Below are positions 19,685-28,455 of a stretch of 32,000 nt of DNA, in pieces. Source of the DNA: Raphidiopsis brookii D9 (lineage in GTDB: Bacteria > Cyanobacteriota > Cyanobacteriia > Cyanobacteriales > Nostocaceae); NCBI GenBank assembly GCA_000175855.1, contig ACYB01000029.1:30001-62000 (forward strand). The letters run 5' to 3'. The notes under the pieces are model-generated. The model was not told the DNA's origin, did no database searches, and was given only the letters and a program-made list of their open reading frames with translations. Numbering within the stretch: position 1 is the first letter of the stretch; the number at the start of each line of letters is the position of its first letter. The position numbers were made by a program, and so were the translations under genes.

Positions 19685-20449
19685 CTAGTCAAATATTAAC
19701 TCTAATTGTCTAACAGTGGTAACTTTATTTTGATTTCTATCTTTAATATATTCATTAATACAGTTTGCAACATATTCGGCAAGTTTTATAGGAACCGCGT
19801 TACCTATAATTTGCTCCAGATCTGTCTTACTACCATTTAAAATAAAATCCTTACCCACATTTTGAAAACCAAGCGATAATCCGCCACATCCTGAAAATAA
19901 ATCTACTGTTCTCATTATACTAGTTCTTACTTGTCGAGTAATTCTATTAGAACCTCCTGAAATTTCATCTCTTGCAGCATCAATAAAAAGCCGTGTGAAT
20001 GCCAAATTTGACCAAACAAAAACATCTAAACAATTATTGTTAAGTTTCGGGGATTTGCCATTAGTTTTCCATATGGTTTGCATTAACAGAGGTTCTTGTT
20101 TATCAATAAGTGAAGTGACAATTTTGTCAATTGCTAGGATCATTTCCTTTACGTATAAAAAGACCGTTTCACCGTTTTTCCAATCATTAATATTATCAAA
20201 ATTGTTACCAATGAACTCAGCTACCCCTTTTTGATTGTTCTTAAAATTTGCTGCTACACTGCAGGCTAAGTAAAGGATTGTATTTGGTCTAACAACTAAC
20301 TCACAACCGTAATATTCTTCTGTTAAGCTACAGGTTGAGTTGTCAGGTAAAGCAGTAAGTTTAACCTCAATTGGTCGCAAACATTGTCCACTGCTCCTTG
20401 ATTGAGTGACTAAATCCACTCTAGGTAGGGAACCTATGATAAATTGCTC
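19685..20449 (-). pseudogene. Degenerate restriction-modification remnant: HindVP-like endonuclease fragment fused in frame to an internally deleted C5 cytosine methyltransferase
   Basis: Endonuclease-like PIEVKLTALPD and VVRPNTILYLACSVA, then IMRTVDLFSGCGGLSLGF (MTase motif I) directly followed by DFILNGSKTDLEQIIGNAVPIKLAEYVA (C-terminal motif X region). The PCQ catalytic motif IV is absent. Homologous-looking residues continue upstream of the GTG at 20419 (EQFIIGSLPRV) until a stop at 20450-20452. Confidence 0.75.
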
Positions 20450-20564
20450 CTAATATACAATTAATATCCAATGGTTACCAGCTTAAAAAAAAATTTTTAA
20501 AACCCCCTTGACAAATAATTATGACTCTGTTATGGTTATTTAATGTGAGAAGCAAAAACCCCTA

Positions 20565-20637
<73 letters not shown>

Positions 20638-20669
20638 TTTCCAAATCCCCCACCTCCCCGAGTTTCAAC

Positions 20670-21782
20670 CTAGTGGTGATGGTGATGATGAATGGACAAT
20701 TGAATATTTACTTCCTGTCCCACTTCCTTCATCAACTCGCTAACCTGGGTGTCAGCCCAACTTGCAACCATTTCTAAGAATTGTGGGTGGTCATTAACAC
20801 AGGGCATTTGTAAATAACCTACATCAGAATACTGCTTCTCTAAATCATGAATTATATGGTGTACATCTAACAAGGTTTCATGATTTTCGGTGGCAAAACC
20901 AATGGGCATAAATACCACCACTTTAGCACCCAATTGAATTAAATTTTTAGCAGCTTGAGTAGCGTTGGGTTGAGTCCATTCAATTAGGGGTGTGTCGTGG
21001 TTTAACCAACCCACAGAAATTAAGGGATAACGATGAATTAATTTCTCCCTAACTAACTCATAGAGAATTTGACTCTCGTCAATTCCTGATGTAAATCCTT
21101 TGGCTTTGTGTGGACAACCATGATTGAGCAGTACAATGCCAATTTGTGAGGGTAAATAATTAGTCGCCAAATCACTACTAACTTTTTCCTCTACTAGTCT
21201 TGCCATTAAACTTATATATTCTGGCTCATTGTAAAATGACGGAATATAACGCATTCCCTTGAGCCAATGTTGTTCTCCATCCGATAATTCTGCTAGAGCT
21301 TTATTAACTTGTTCAATCGCTATACCACTGGTAAAAATAGAGTCTACTACCAATAAAGGATAGATTAAAATTTTTTCAAAGCCTTGATTTTTAATCTCAG
21401 CTAAAACTTGTCCAGGCAAAAAGGGAGCGCAAAAGTTAAAAGCTTTGAAAACTTGAACCTTATTACCCCATTTATGTTGTAATTCGTGTTCAATCCCTGC
21501 TCGTTGCTTTTCAAAAATGGCGTTGTGAGGAGAAATAAAATCATGATGTGTATGTCCCCATTCATGACGGTCAAACAATGCCAAAAGTTTAGCCAGGGGA
21601 GGATAGATCCAAGTGGGGACGGGTGCAAATTTAGCTGTGAGCAGATTTAAAGCCTGTTCATTATAATTGGCAAAATCCTCATAACTCTCCACTTCACCAT
21701 AACCCATTAGTAATACCGCTATGGAGTCATAGTTTGGTAGATGCTCGTGAGTATGTTGTAGTTTTTCTGGTGTTACAACCAC
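20670..21782 (-). CDS. Ferrochelatase-family (chelatase-like) protein with C-terminal His6
   Basis: LLMGYGEVESYEDFANY, IGIVLLNHGCPHKAKGFTSG, GWLNHDTPLIEWTQPN, VVFMPIGFATENHETLLDVHH resemble HemH-family motifs. It diverges from canonical cyanobacterial HemH and ends SIHHHHHH*. Confidence 0.65.
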   Translation of the reverse strand: MVVTPEKLQHTHEHLPNYDSIAVLLMGYGEVESYEDFANYNEQALNLLTAKFAPVPTWIYPPLAKLLALFDRHEWGHTHHDFISPHNAIFEKQRAGIEHELQHKWGNKVQVFKAFNFCAPFLPGQVLAEIKNQGFEKILIYPLLVVDSIFTSGIAIEQVNKALAELSDGEQHWLKGMRYIPSFYNEPEYISLMARLVEEKVSSDLATNYLPSQIGIVLLNHGCPHKAKGFTSGIDESQILYELVREKLIHRYPLISVGWLNHDTPLIEWTQPNATQAAKNLIQLGAKVVVFMPIGFATENHETLLDVHHIIHDLEKQYSDVGYLQMPCVNDHPQFLEMVASWADTQVSELMKEVGQEVNIQLSIHHHHHH

Positions 21783-21890
21783 AATAATTACCTCAATATT
21801 TTAGTGGAACCATCTTTGAACCTTTGATGTCAATATTAAAAATCATCAAAGCCAAAGATCACAATCTTTACCTATATCCCCAACCATTAT

Positions 21891-21914
21891 TATCCTATCC
21901 TAGGGGATAGGATA
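21891..21914. promoter_or_regulatory. Perfect 10-bp inverted repeat in a divergent intergenic region (possible operator)
   Basis: TATCCTATCC-TAGG-GGATAGGATA. Confidence 0.4.
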
Positions 21915-21971
21915 CTGTTGCACATAAAAATATACATACTGTCCTGAAGACCTGGACACAGGAATGAAATC

Positions 21972-22544
21972 ATGCAAATTATAATCTGTCCTGGAATTCA
22001 TCAGCGAGAATTGACTCAAAGATTCATCGAGGATTTATGCTCCGGAAAAAATAATCTCAACAATTTACAGATGGATAACATGTTAGTATTTCCCGAAGAG
22101 GGGATTTTAACTTTATCCACATTTCATATTTTACTGTTTCTAGGGGATCGCCTGGGGAATAGGTTAAAATCACCAGTGATATTCATTGGGTTTAGTGCGG
22201 GTGTGGTAGGAGCTATGGGTGCTGCTATCAAATGGCAAATGCAGGGTGGAAATGTAAAAGCGTTGATAGCTATAGATGGGTGGGGGGTTCCGGTAGGTGG
22301 TAATTTCCCCATTCATCGTCTGAGTCATGATTATTTTACCCATTGGAGTTCTGCTATTCTGGGTAGTAAGCAAGATAATTTCTATGCCCATCCACCAGTA
22401 GAACACCTATCAATGTGGGGATCACCCGGAAAAGTGCAAGGTTATTGGCAAAACCTATCCACAGGGTTTTCCGGGTGTCCAACCTACCTGAGTGAAAGGG
22501 AATTTTTACATTTGCTGCTAAAAAGTTATGATGGTAAGTTATGA
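21972..22544 (+). CDS. Conserved hypothetical protein, alpha/beta-hydrolase-like
   Basis: 190 aa ORF; IIICPGIHQRELT, SPVIFIGFSAGVVGAMGAAI (GFSAG nucleophile-elbow-like). Confidence 0.6.
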   Translation: MQIIICPGIHQRELTQRFIEDLCSGKNNLNNLQMDNMLVFPEEGILTLSTFHILLFLGDRLGNRLKSPVIFIGFSAGVVGAMGAAIKWQMQGGNVKALIAIDGWGVPVGGNFPIHRLSHDYFTHWSSAILGSKQDNFYAHPPVEHLSMWGSPGKVQGYWQNLSTGFSGCPTYLSEREFLHLLLKSYDGKL

Positions 22545-22644
22545 GTAAACCGACCATGGAGGTTAAACCCTAGGTGCCCAAAGGAACTGGTTAATTATGA
22601 GCCAGTAGACTTGATTTTCGCCAATCACCAATCAAACAATTCTC

Positions 22645-23889
22645 ATGTTTCCCACGGAACCTACTGCAATCAATCATGGCTTTAGTGCCCTGGTCAAAAA
22701 CCGCAATTTTATGCTGCTGTGGATTGGTCAACTAATATCCCAGTTAGCCGATAAGGTATTATTAATACTAATGATTGATTTATTGGAGAAAAAATACTTA
22801 CCTCCCGACTTATCATCGGGGACTGGAAGGTTTTATCTGTATATGGCATTTACCCTACCGGCAATATTTTTTGGTTCAGTTGGTGGTGTAATTGTTGACA
22901 GGATGCCCAAGAAATTAATTATGATTGGTTCCGATGTCATTCGCGGTGTATTAACACTGAGTATAGCGTTCTTACCTAGATATCTGGGGATTCTGTTAGC
23001 ACTGAATTTTGGTATTTCCTCGGTTACTCAATTTTTTGCCCCAGCGGAACAAGCTACCATACCTCTTATGGTCAAAAAAGAGAACTTGATGGCAGCTAAT
23101 GCTCTATTTAGTAGTACTATGATGGGTGCGCTAATAGTGGGTTACGCCCTAGGCTCCACTATTTTAAATGAAGCGGAACATATTAGTATTGAGTTTGGTA
23201 AAGAACTACTGGTGGGGTTATTGTACTTGCTATCTGCTGCTATTATGCTACCCATCCAGTTTCGAGAACAGCGTCACACTTCTGTAGTCAACCCAGTAAC
23301 GGAATTTTTCCAGGGTTGGCAATATCTGAGGACAAACCGCTTGGTATGGAATGCTATGATTCAGATTGTAGCTCTATACTGCGTTTTTGCATCCTTACTG
23401 GAATTATCCATTAGACTAGCAAACAGACTAAAATTAGAACAAACAGATTTTAGCTTTTTCGTAGCTGCAGCTGGTCTAGGTATGGTTTTAGGCGCAGCAA
23501 TAATTGGGCATTTTAGTCAACAGCTAGATCATCAACCCTTACCCCTAATTGGGTTTATATTTATGGCATTGGCACTGGGAATGTTTATTTTCACCTATAA
23601 CCTTCCCTGGAGTTTATTTCTATGTGTTTTCCTGGGTCTGGGAGCATCCCTGGTTAATGTGCCCATGCAAACCCTAATTCAACAATATACTCCCTCATCC
23701 ATGCACGGAAAGGTATTTGGCTTTCAAAATCACGCCGTGAATATTGCTCTTTCCTTCCCCTTACTAATTACTACTAAACTGGTGAATGCTCTGGGTTTAT
23801 CTTTATTTCTGTTTGGCATGAGTCTTACTGTGGCTATAATTGGCCTGTGGACCTGGCAAAATAATCGTCAGGGACTCCAGAACAAATAA
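22645..23889 (+). CDS. MFS transporter
   Basis: 414 aa polytopic protein; FMLLWIGQLISQLADKVLLILMIDLL, SVGGVIVDRMPKKLIMIGSDVIRG. Confidence 0.85.
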   Translation: MFPTEPTAINHGFSALVKNRNFMLLWIGQLISQLADKVLLILMIDLLEKKYLPPDLSSGTGRFYLYMAFTLPAIFFGSVGGVIVDRMPKKLIMIGSDVIRGVLTLSIAFLPRYLGILLALNFGISSVTQFFAPAEQATIPLMVKKENLMAANALFSSTMMGALIVGYALGSTILNEAEHISIEFGKELLVGLLYLLSAAIMLPIQFREQRHTSVVNPVTEFFQGWQYLRTNRLVWNAMIQIVALYCVFASLLELSIRLANRLKLEQTDFSFFVAAAGLGMVLGAAIIGHFSQQLDHQPLPLIGFIFMALALGMFIFTYNLPWSLFLCVFLGLGASLVNVPMQTLIQQYTPSSMHGKVFGFQNHAVNIALSFPLLITTKLVNALGLSLFLFGMSLTVAIIGLWTWQNNRQGLQNK

Positions 23890-23963
23890 AGTGTCGGTTT
23901 TTCAATTAATCAATTAAAATGGTATTCTAAATACAAAATCCAGGCTTAATTTTTAGTTATATT

Positions 23964-25862
23964 TTGAGGTTAATCGTGCGATCGCCTTCTCAAATCAATT
24001 CCTCACAGTCTGAAAAACGCAAGTCTGCTCCTACCTCCCACTCCTGGACCCAACCCATAAGAGCAACCGGTGGTTTTGCTCTGTTGGATAGTCTACTTCG
24101 TCATGGAGTGGAGTATATTTTTGGTTATCCCGGAGGAGCCATACTCCCTATTTATGATGACCTGTATAAAGTAGAAGAAACAGGTACTATTAAACATATT
24201 CTAGTTCGTCATGAACAAGGTGCTTCCCATGCTGCAGATGGTTATGCCCGGGCAACGGGCAAGGTAGGGGTATGTTTTGGTACTTCCGGACCAGGAGCTA
24301 CCAACTTGGTAACAGGTATTGCCACCGCCTATATGGACTCCATACCCATGATAATTGTCACCGGACAAGTACCCAGACCCGCCATTGGTACTGATGCTTT
24401 CCAAGAGACAGATATTTACGGTATTACCTTGCCCATAGTCAAACACTCTTACGTGGTGCGGGATCCCAAGGACATGGCCAGAATTGTGGCTGAAGCCTTT
24501 CACCTAGCTAGTACGGGTAGACCTGGACCGGTTCTCATAGACGTTCCCAAGGATGTAGCTCTGGAACAATTTGACTATACCCCGGTAGAACCAGGTTCAG
24601 TTAAATTACCGGGATATCGACCCACGGTTAAGGGCAATCCTAGACAAGTTAATGCCGCTATTCAACTAATCACAGAAAGTCGCAAACCACTCTTGTATGT
24701 CGGTGGAGGAGCGATCGCCTCTGGATCCCATAAAGAAATCAAAGAACTGGCGGAATTATTCAATATCCCAGTCACCACCACCCTGATGGGAATTGGTGCA
24801 TTTGACGAACATCATCCCCTTTCCTTGGGAATGTTAGGTATGCACGGTACTGCATACGCCAATTTTGCCGTAACAGACTGTGACCTACTAATTTGTGTAG
24901 GGGCAAGATTTGATGATAGAGTAACAGGAAAACTAGATGAATTTGCTTCCCATGCCAAAGTAATTCACATTGATATTGATCCAGCGGAAGTGGGCAAAAA
25001 CCGAGTTCCGGAAGTTCCCATAGTTGGGGATGTGAAAAACGTCCTAGAGGACCTATTAAGGCGATGTCATAACAATCATCAAAATCACCATAATCGCAAT
25101 CAGGAATGGCTAAACCTAATTGGTCGTTGGAAACAAGATTACCCTCTCATGGTTCCCCATTACCCTGATAGCATTTCCCCTCAAGAAGTAATAGTGGAAA
25201 TTGGCAAACAAGCTCCCAACGCCATTTACACCACTGATGTGGGACAACATCAAATGTGGGCAGCCCAATTCCTCAAAAACGGACCAAGACGGTGGATTTC
25301 TAGTGCGGGTTTAGGTACCATGGGTTTTGGTGTACCCGCAGCTATGGGAGCCAAAGTAGCCTTTCCTGAAGAGGAGGTCATTTGTATTAGTGGTGATGCC
25401 AGTTTCCAAATGTGTTTACAAGAACTGGGAACCCTTGCACAATATGGCATAAATGTCAAGACCGTAATTTTAAATAACGGTTGGCAAGGAATGGTAAGAC
25501 AATGGCAAGAGGCCTTCTATGGTGAGAGGTACTCCTGTTCTAATATGGAAGTAGGAATGCCTGATATTGAGCTTTTAGCCCAAGCTTATGGCATTAAGGG
25601 CATGGTGATTACTAAACAAGAAGAGTTATCACTAAAAATAGCAGAAATGTTAGAGCATAAGGGTCCAGTAGTGGTTAACGTCCACGTCACTAAAGACGAA
25701 AACTGCTATCCTATGGTAGCACCTGGTAAGAGCAATGCCCAGATGTTCGGGTTACCCAAACCAGCACCAACCACAGTAGTAGAATCAAATTATTGCAATC
25801 ATTGTGGAACCAAAAACCTTGCCAATCATAATTTTTGTTCCCAGTGTGGGTCTAAATTGTGA
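23964..25862 (+). CDS. ilvB: Acetolactate synthase large subunit with C-terminal zinc ribbon
   Basis: ThDP enzyme motifs [55 protein letters not shown]; C-terminus [24 protein letters not shown]. Start (TTG 23964) uncertain. Confidence 0.93.
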   Translation: MRLIVRSPSQINSSQSEKRKSAPTSHSWTQPIRATGGFALLDSLLRHGVEYIFGYPGGAILPIYDDLYKVEETGTIKHILVRHEQGASHAADGYARATGKVGVCFGTSGPGATNLVTGIATAYMDSIPMIIVTGQVPRPAIGTDAFQETDIYGITLPIVKHSYVVRDPKDMARIVAEAFHLASTGRPGPVLIDVPKDVALEQFDYTPVEPGSVKLPGYRPTVKGNPRQVNAAIQLITESRKPLLYVGGGAIASGSHKEIKELAELFNIPVTTTLMGIGAFDEHHPLSLGMLGMHGTAYANFAVTDCDLLICVGARFDDRVTGKLDEFASHAKVIHIDIDPAEVGKNRVPEVPIVGDVKNVLEDLLRRCHNNHQNHHNRNQEWLNLIGRWKQDYPLMVPHYPDSISPQEVIVEIGKQAPNAIYTTDVGQHQMWAAQFLKNGPRRWISSAGLGTMGFGVPAAMGAKVAFPEEEVICISGDASFQMCLQELGTLAQYGINVKTVILNNGWQGMVRQWQEAFYGERYSCSNMEVGMPDIELLAQAYGIKGMVITKQEELSLKIAEMLEHKGPVVVNVHVTKDENCYPMVAPGKSNAQMFGLPKPAPTTVVESNYCNHCGTKNLANHNFCSQCGSKL

Positions 25863-25902
25863 CCATTCACGGGGGAGATTGAAGCTTCCCCGGATTTGGT
25901 AG

Positions 25903-26418
25903 CTAGAACAGGTTCCAGGCCAAAATGCCAGTGAAATATAAAATAGCCACCACGCCAAAGGTCATCTGTAAGCGTCCCAAAATGGGTTTAATTTCATAAG
26001 CCACAATTAAACGATCTCGATCAATAATTTCTCGTGGCTTATGCCATATTTGTCCATCATACCAGCCAGATTCCTCATATAAAACTGTGGTACTGTAAAG
26101 GCGATCTCTTATATAAAACCAACCTAGATACAACCTGATTAGTACCAGAACCACCATTAGACTAGCAATAGCAGTACCACAAAGGATAAAATGAAATATA
26201 TGTTTTTCTACAGGGAAACTAGAAGCTGACACAGGACCAGCTATCAACCAAGACCAACCCCAAATCCATAAAATTCTGGTCAGGTAACCGCGCCAACCTA
26301 GGGTAATCTCCCCAAAAAACCAGGAATTTTTTAATTCCTCATACTCGTGGAGCGGTTGCTGTTCAATGGGAACTGGACAATTATCAACCGAAGATCTTAT
26401 CATTTGGACCATCCTCAA
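25903..26418 (-). CDS. CGLD27-like (DUF1230) membrane protein
   Basis: CPVPIEQQPLHEYEELKNSWFF...WKPREIIDRDRLIVAYEIKPIL-like pattern (here IWHKPREIIDRDRLIV) with two transmembrane segments. Confidence 0.8.
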   Translation of the reverse strand: MRMVQMIRSSVDNCPVPIEQQPLHEYEELKNSWFFGEITLGWRGYLTRILWIWGWSWLIAGPVSASSFPVEKHIFHFILCGTAIASLMVVLVLIRLYLGWFYIRDRLYSTTVLYEESGWYDGQIWHKPREIIDRDRLIVAYEIKPILGRLQMTFGVVAILYFTGILAWNLF

Positions 26419-26423
26419 GGTCT

Positions 26424-26861
26424 TTAGGGGTTTTCTAAAGGAATATGCTCTGCATGACTCCAGAACGCTTCCAAATTATAAAATTCTCGTTCCTTGGACA
26501 TCATAATGTGAACAATCACATCTCCATAGTCTTGTAATACCCAACTACCTTCCCCTTTTCCTTCTGTGCGCAAAGGGCGGCGTTGTAATTCCGTTTGTAC
26601 CTTTTCTTCGATAGCAGAGGAGATGGCCCTAACCTGTACCCTGGAATAACCAGTCATCACCAGAAAATAATCGGACAGGTAAGAGACATCTGTTACCTTG
26701 AGCAGTAAGATTTCGCCTGCTTTACGTTCTGATGCTGCTTGTGCTATGGTGAGAGCTAATTTCCCACTGCTATCCTCAGTTTCCACCATTGGGGTGTTCA
26801 CTGTCTTTTTGCTATGTGGAATTGATTTTAACGGTAAATTGCTTGGGAAATAATCAGTCAT
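26424..26861 (-). CDS. rsfS: Ribosome silencing factor
   Basis: ASERKAGEILLLKVTDVSYLSDYFLVMTGYSRVQVRAIS...GSWVLQDYGDVIVHIMMSKEREFYNLEAFW. Confidence 0.93.
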   Translation of the reverse strand: MTDYFPSNLPLKSIPHSKKTVNTPMVETEDSSGKLALTIAQAASERKAGEILLLKVTDVSYLSDYFLVMTGYSRVQVRAISSAIEEKVQTELQRRPLRTEGKGEGSWVLQDYGDVIVHIMMSKEREFYNLEAFWSHAEHIPLENP

Positions 26862-26949
26862 TCAACCTCAACTGTTACACGCCATAAAATATATCATAAC
26901 AGAAAACCTGCTATATAAAACCTAAACAAAACTAGACTTTACTTTCTGC

Positions 26950-27075
26950 TTCAACGGGAGCGAGCGGTTATCCCTCAGTAGACTTGCACGCCTTAGCCAG
27001 ACGCGATAACATGATTGCTCATCCTTACGCAATAAGGAGTTTATCCTAAACCGGAACCCCCTATTTATCAGGGGA
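26950..27075 (-). other. Structured intergenic segment, candidate ncRNA or relic of an IS200/IS605-type element 3' end
   Basis: Hairpins CCCCT-gataaat-AGGGG (27058-27074) and TAAGGA/TCCTTA (about 27018-27039), and GTTATC...GATAAC (26967-27010), ending in CCCGTTGAAGCAG on the minus strand. Confidence 0.3.
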
Positions 27076-27084
27076 CCAGCAATT

Positions 27085-27900
27085 CTATAACCAACCGCGC
27101 AAAGCATAGACTAGGTAACCAATATATTCTTTTAAAGCGTTGGTAAAATCATTTAAATTGTCAGCGCTGGGGAACAAATTTAATATGGTGGACTTAGGAG
27201 TAGCAATTAGTTCTTCCAGGTCACTCCGACTGACAATAAAATCCGTGGGAGCGGGAATTACTTCCACACCCTGACGTTGAAAAATTTTCAAAGACCGGGG
27301 GGTGTGCATGGCTGAAGTTACCAATAACACTTTTTTTATTCCCCGACTTTCCAGGATTTTCCTGACATTGACGGCGTTTTCGTAAGTATTCAAGGAATTT
27401 GGTTCCTCAATAATCACTTCCGGAGGAATACCTAGAGATATGAGAATAGCAGCCATATCCGCTGATTCTGGTGGTCCGCTACCACGCCAATCAATACGTC
27501 CACCACTTAAAATAATCAGAGGTGCTTTTTTTTGCCCATATAGTTGAGCAGCATAGATTACCCTGTCTCCGGACTCGTTTAAGTCTACTGTGGAACGGGG
27601 CCAAGCAGCTGGTTTGGTAGCACCACCTAGAACCACAATCGCTTCCGCTTCTGGTATTTTTCCAGGGGGGATGTTTTGCCATTCCAGAGACCCAACCAAA
27701 GCTTTAGATACCCACCCATTACCAGCTATCATTAGTATAGCTAAGGATGTGCCAATGCAAACCGCTGCAATTTTAGGACGTTTCCACAAGCTGACAAGGG
27801 CAATAACCAGACTCACACTAGCTAACCCTAAAGGATAAAAAAACAGTGGTAGTAGTTTAGAAAGATATAGAAACATAGTTGGTCTATTCTGGTTTGACAA
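27085..27900 (-). CDS. YdcF/ElyC-family (DUF218) membrane protein
   Basis: AEAIVVLGGATKP...SGDRVIYAAQLYGQKKAPLIILSGG...EEPNSLNTYENAVNVRKIL...KKVLLVTSAMHTPRSLKIFQRQGVEVIPAPTDF. Confidence 0.88.
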   Translation of the reverse strand: MSNQNRPTMFLYLSKLLPLFFYPLGLASVSLVIALVSLWKRPKIAAVCIGTSLAILMIAGNGWVSKALVGSLEWQNIPPGKIPEAEAIVVLGGATKPAAWPRSTVDLNESGDRVIYAAQLYGQKKAPLIILSGGRIDWRGSGPPESADMAAILISLGIPPEVIIEEPNSLNTYENAVNVRKILESRGIKKVLLVTSAMHTPRSLKIFQRQGVEVIPAPTDFIVSRSDLEELIATPKSTILNLFPSADNLNDFTNALKEYIGYLVYALRGWL

Positions 27901-27919
27901 AGGTTGAGTAAAAAGTTAC

Positions 27920-28444
27920 CTATTTTTCCCAAAATCGAAAATTGAAACTTCCGGGAGGACGACGTAACCGATGAACACGTAATCTTATTTTCCGCTTAGT
28001 AGCTCTAGTATCTGATTGTTTGAAATCATCATCGTCTAACAAATCATCTTGAATTTGAGTGATGGTTAATTCCTTGCTTCTCCACCAAGCAATAATCCAA
28101 CCTCCACCTAAACCAGCTATACAACCAAACAAAATACTAATCGGACCAGAATAACCCATAAACAAAAAACTAAACATAAAAACTAAACAGTATTTCAGCG
28201 CAGCATCAATACCATCATTGGCCGCAACATTGGAAATTGTTGCGTTATTCTCGTTAGCAATAGTGAACCAACCTAAAGCTAAACCACCCGCAATTCCCAA
28301 AAATACGCATAGAATTAGAGAAGCTCCCCCAAACCACGAAATCGCAGCTAATAAAAACCCAAACACGAATTGGGAAAAAAAGGTCGGTGATGTGGATAGT
28401 ATTTCCCTGAGAATATTTTTGTTGGCCGCCATAATCACTCTCAT
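27920..28444 (-). CDS. Hypothetical membrane protein
   Basis: 174 aa with four likely hydrophobic helices and a basic C-terminus; ATG start; positioned head-to-tail with neighbours. Confidence 0.55.
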   Translation of the reverse strand: MRVIMAANKNILREILSTSPTFFSQFVFGFLLAAISWFGGASLILCVFLGIAGGLALGWFTIANENNATISNVAANDGIDAALKYCLVFMFSFLFMGYSGPISILFGCIAGLGGGWIIAWWRSKELTITQIQDDLLDDDDFKQSDTRATKRKIRLRVHRLRRPPGSFNFRFWEK

Positions 28445-28455
28445 CTAGCTTTAAC

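Noticed and set aside
20670-20690. His6 codons as vector or cloning contamination
   Set aside because: The run is directly flanked by native-looking gene and intergenic sequence with a nearby genomic tRNA, with no vector sequence.
22124-22557. Three overlapping minus-strand ORFs in the hydrolase-like gene region
   Set aside because: Mutually overlapping antisense frames; no support over the plus-strand ORF.
27491-27838. ORFs antisense or alternate to the ydcF-like gene
   Set aside because: Same region is explained by the conserved DUF218 protein.
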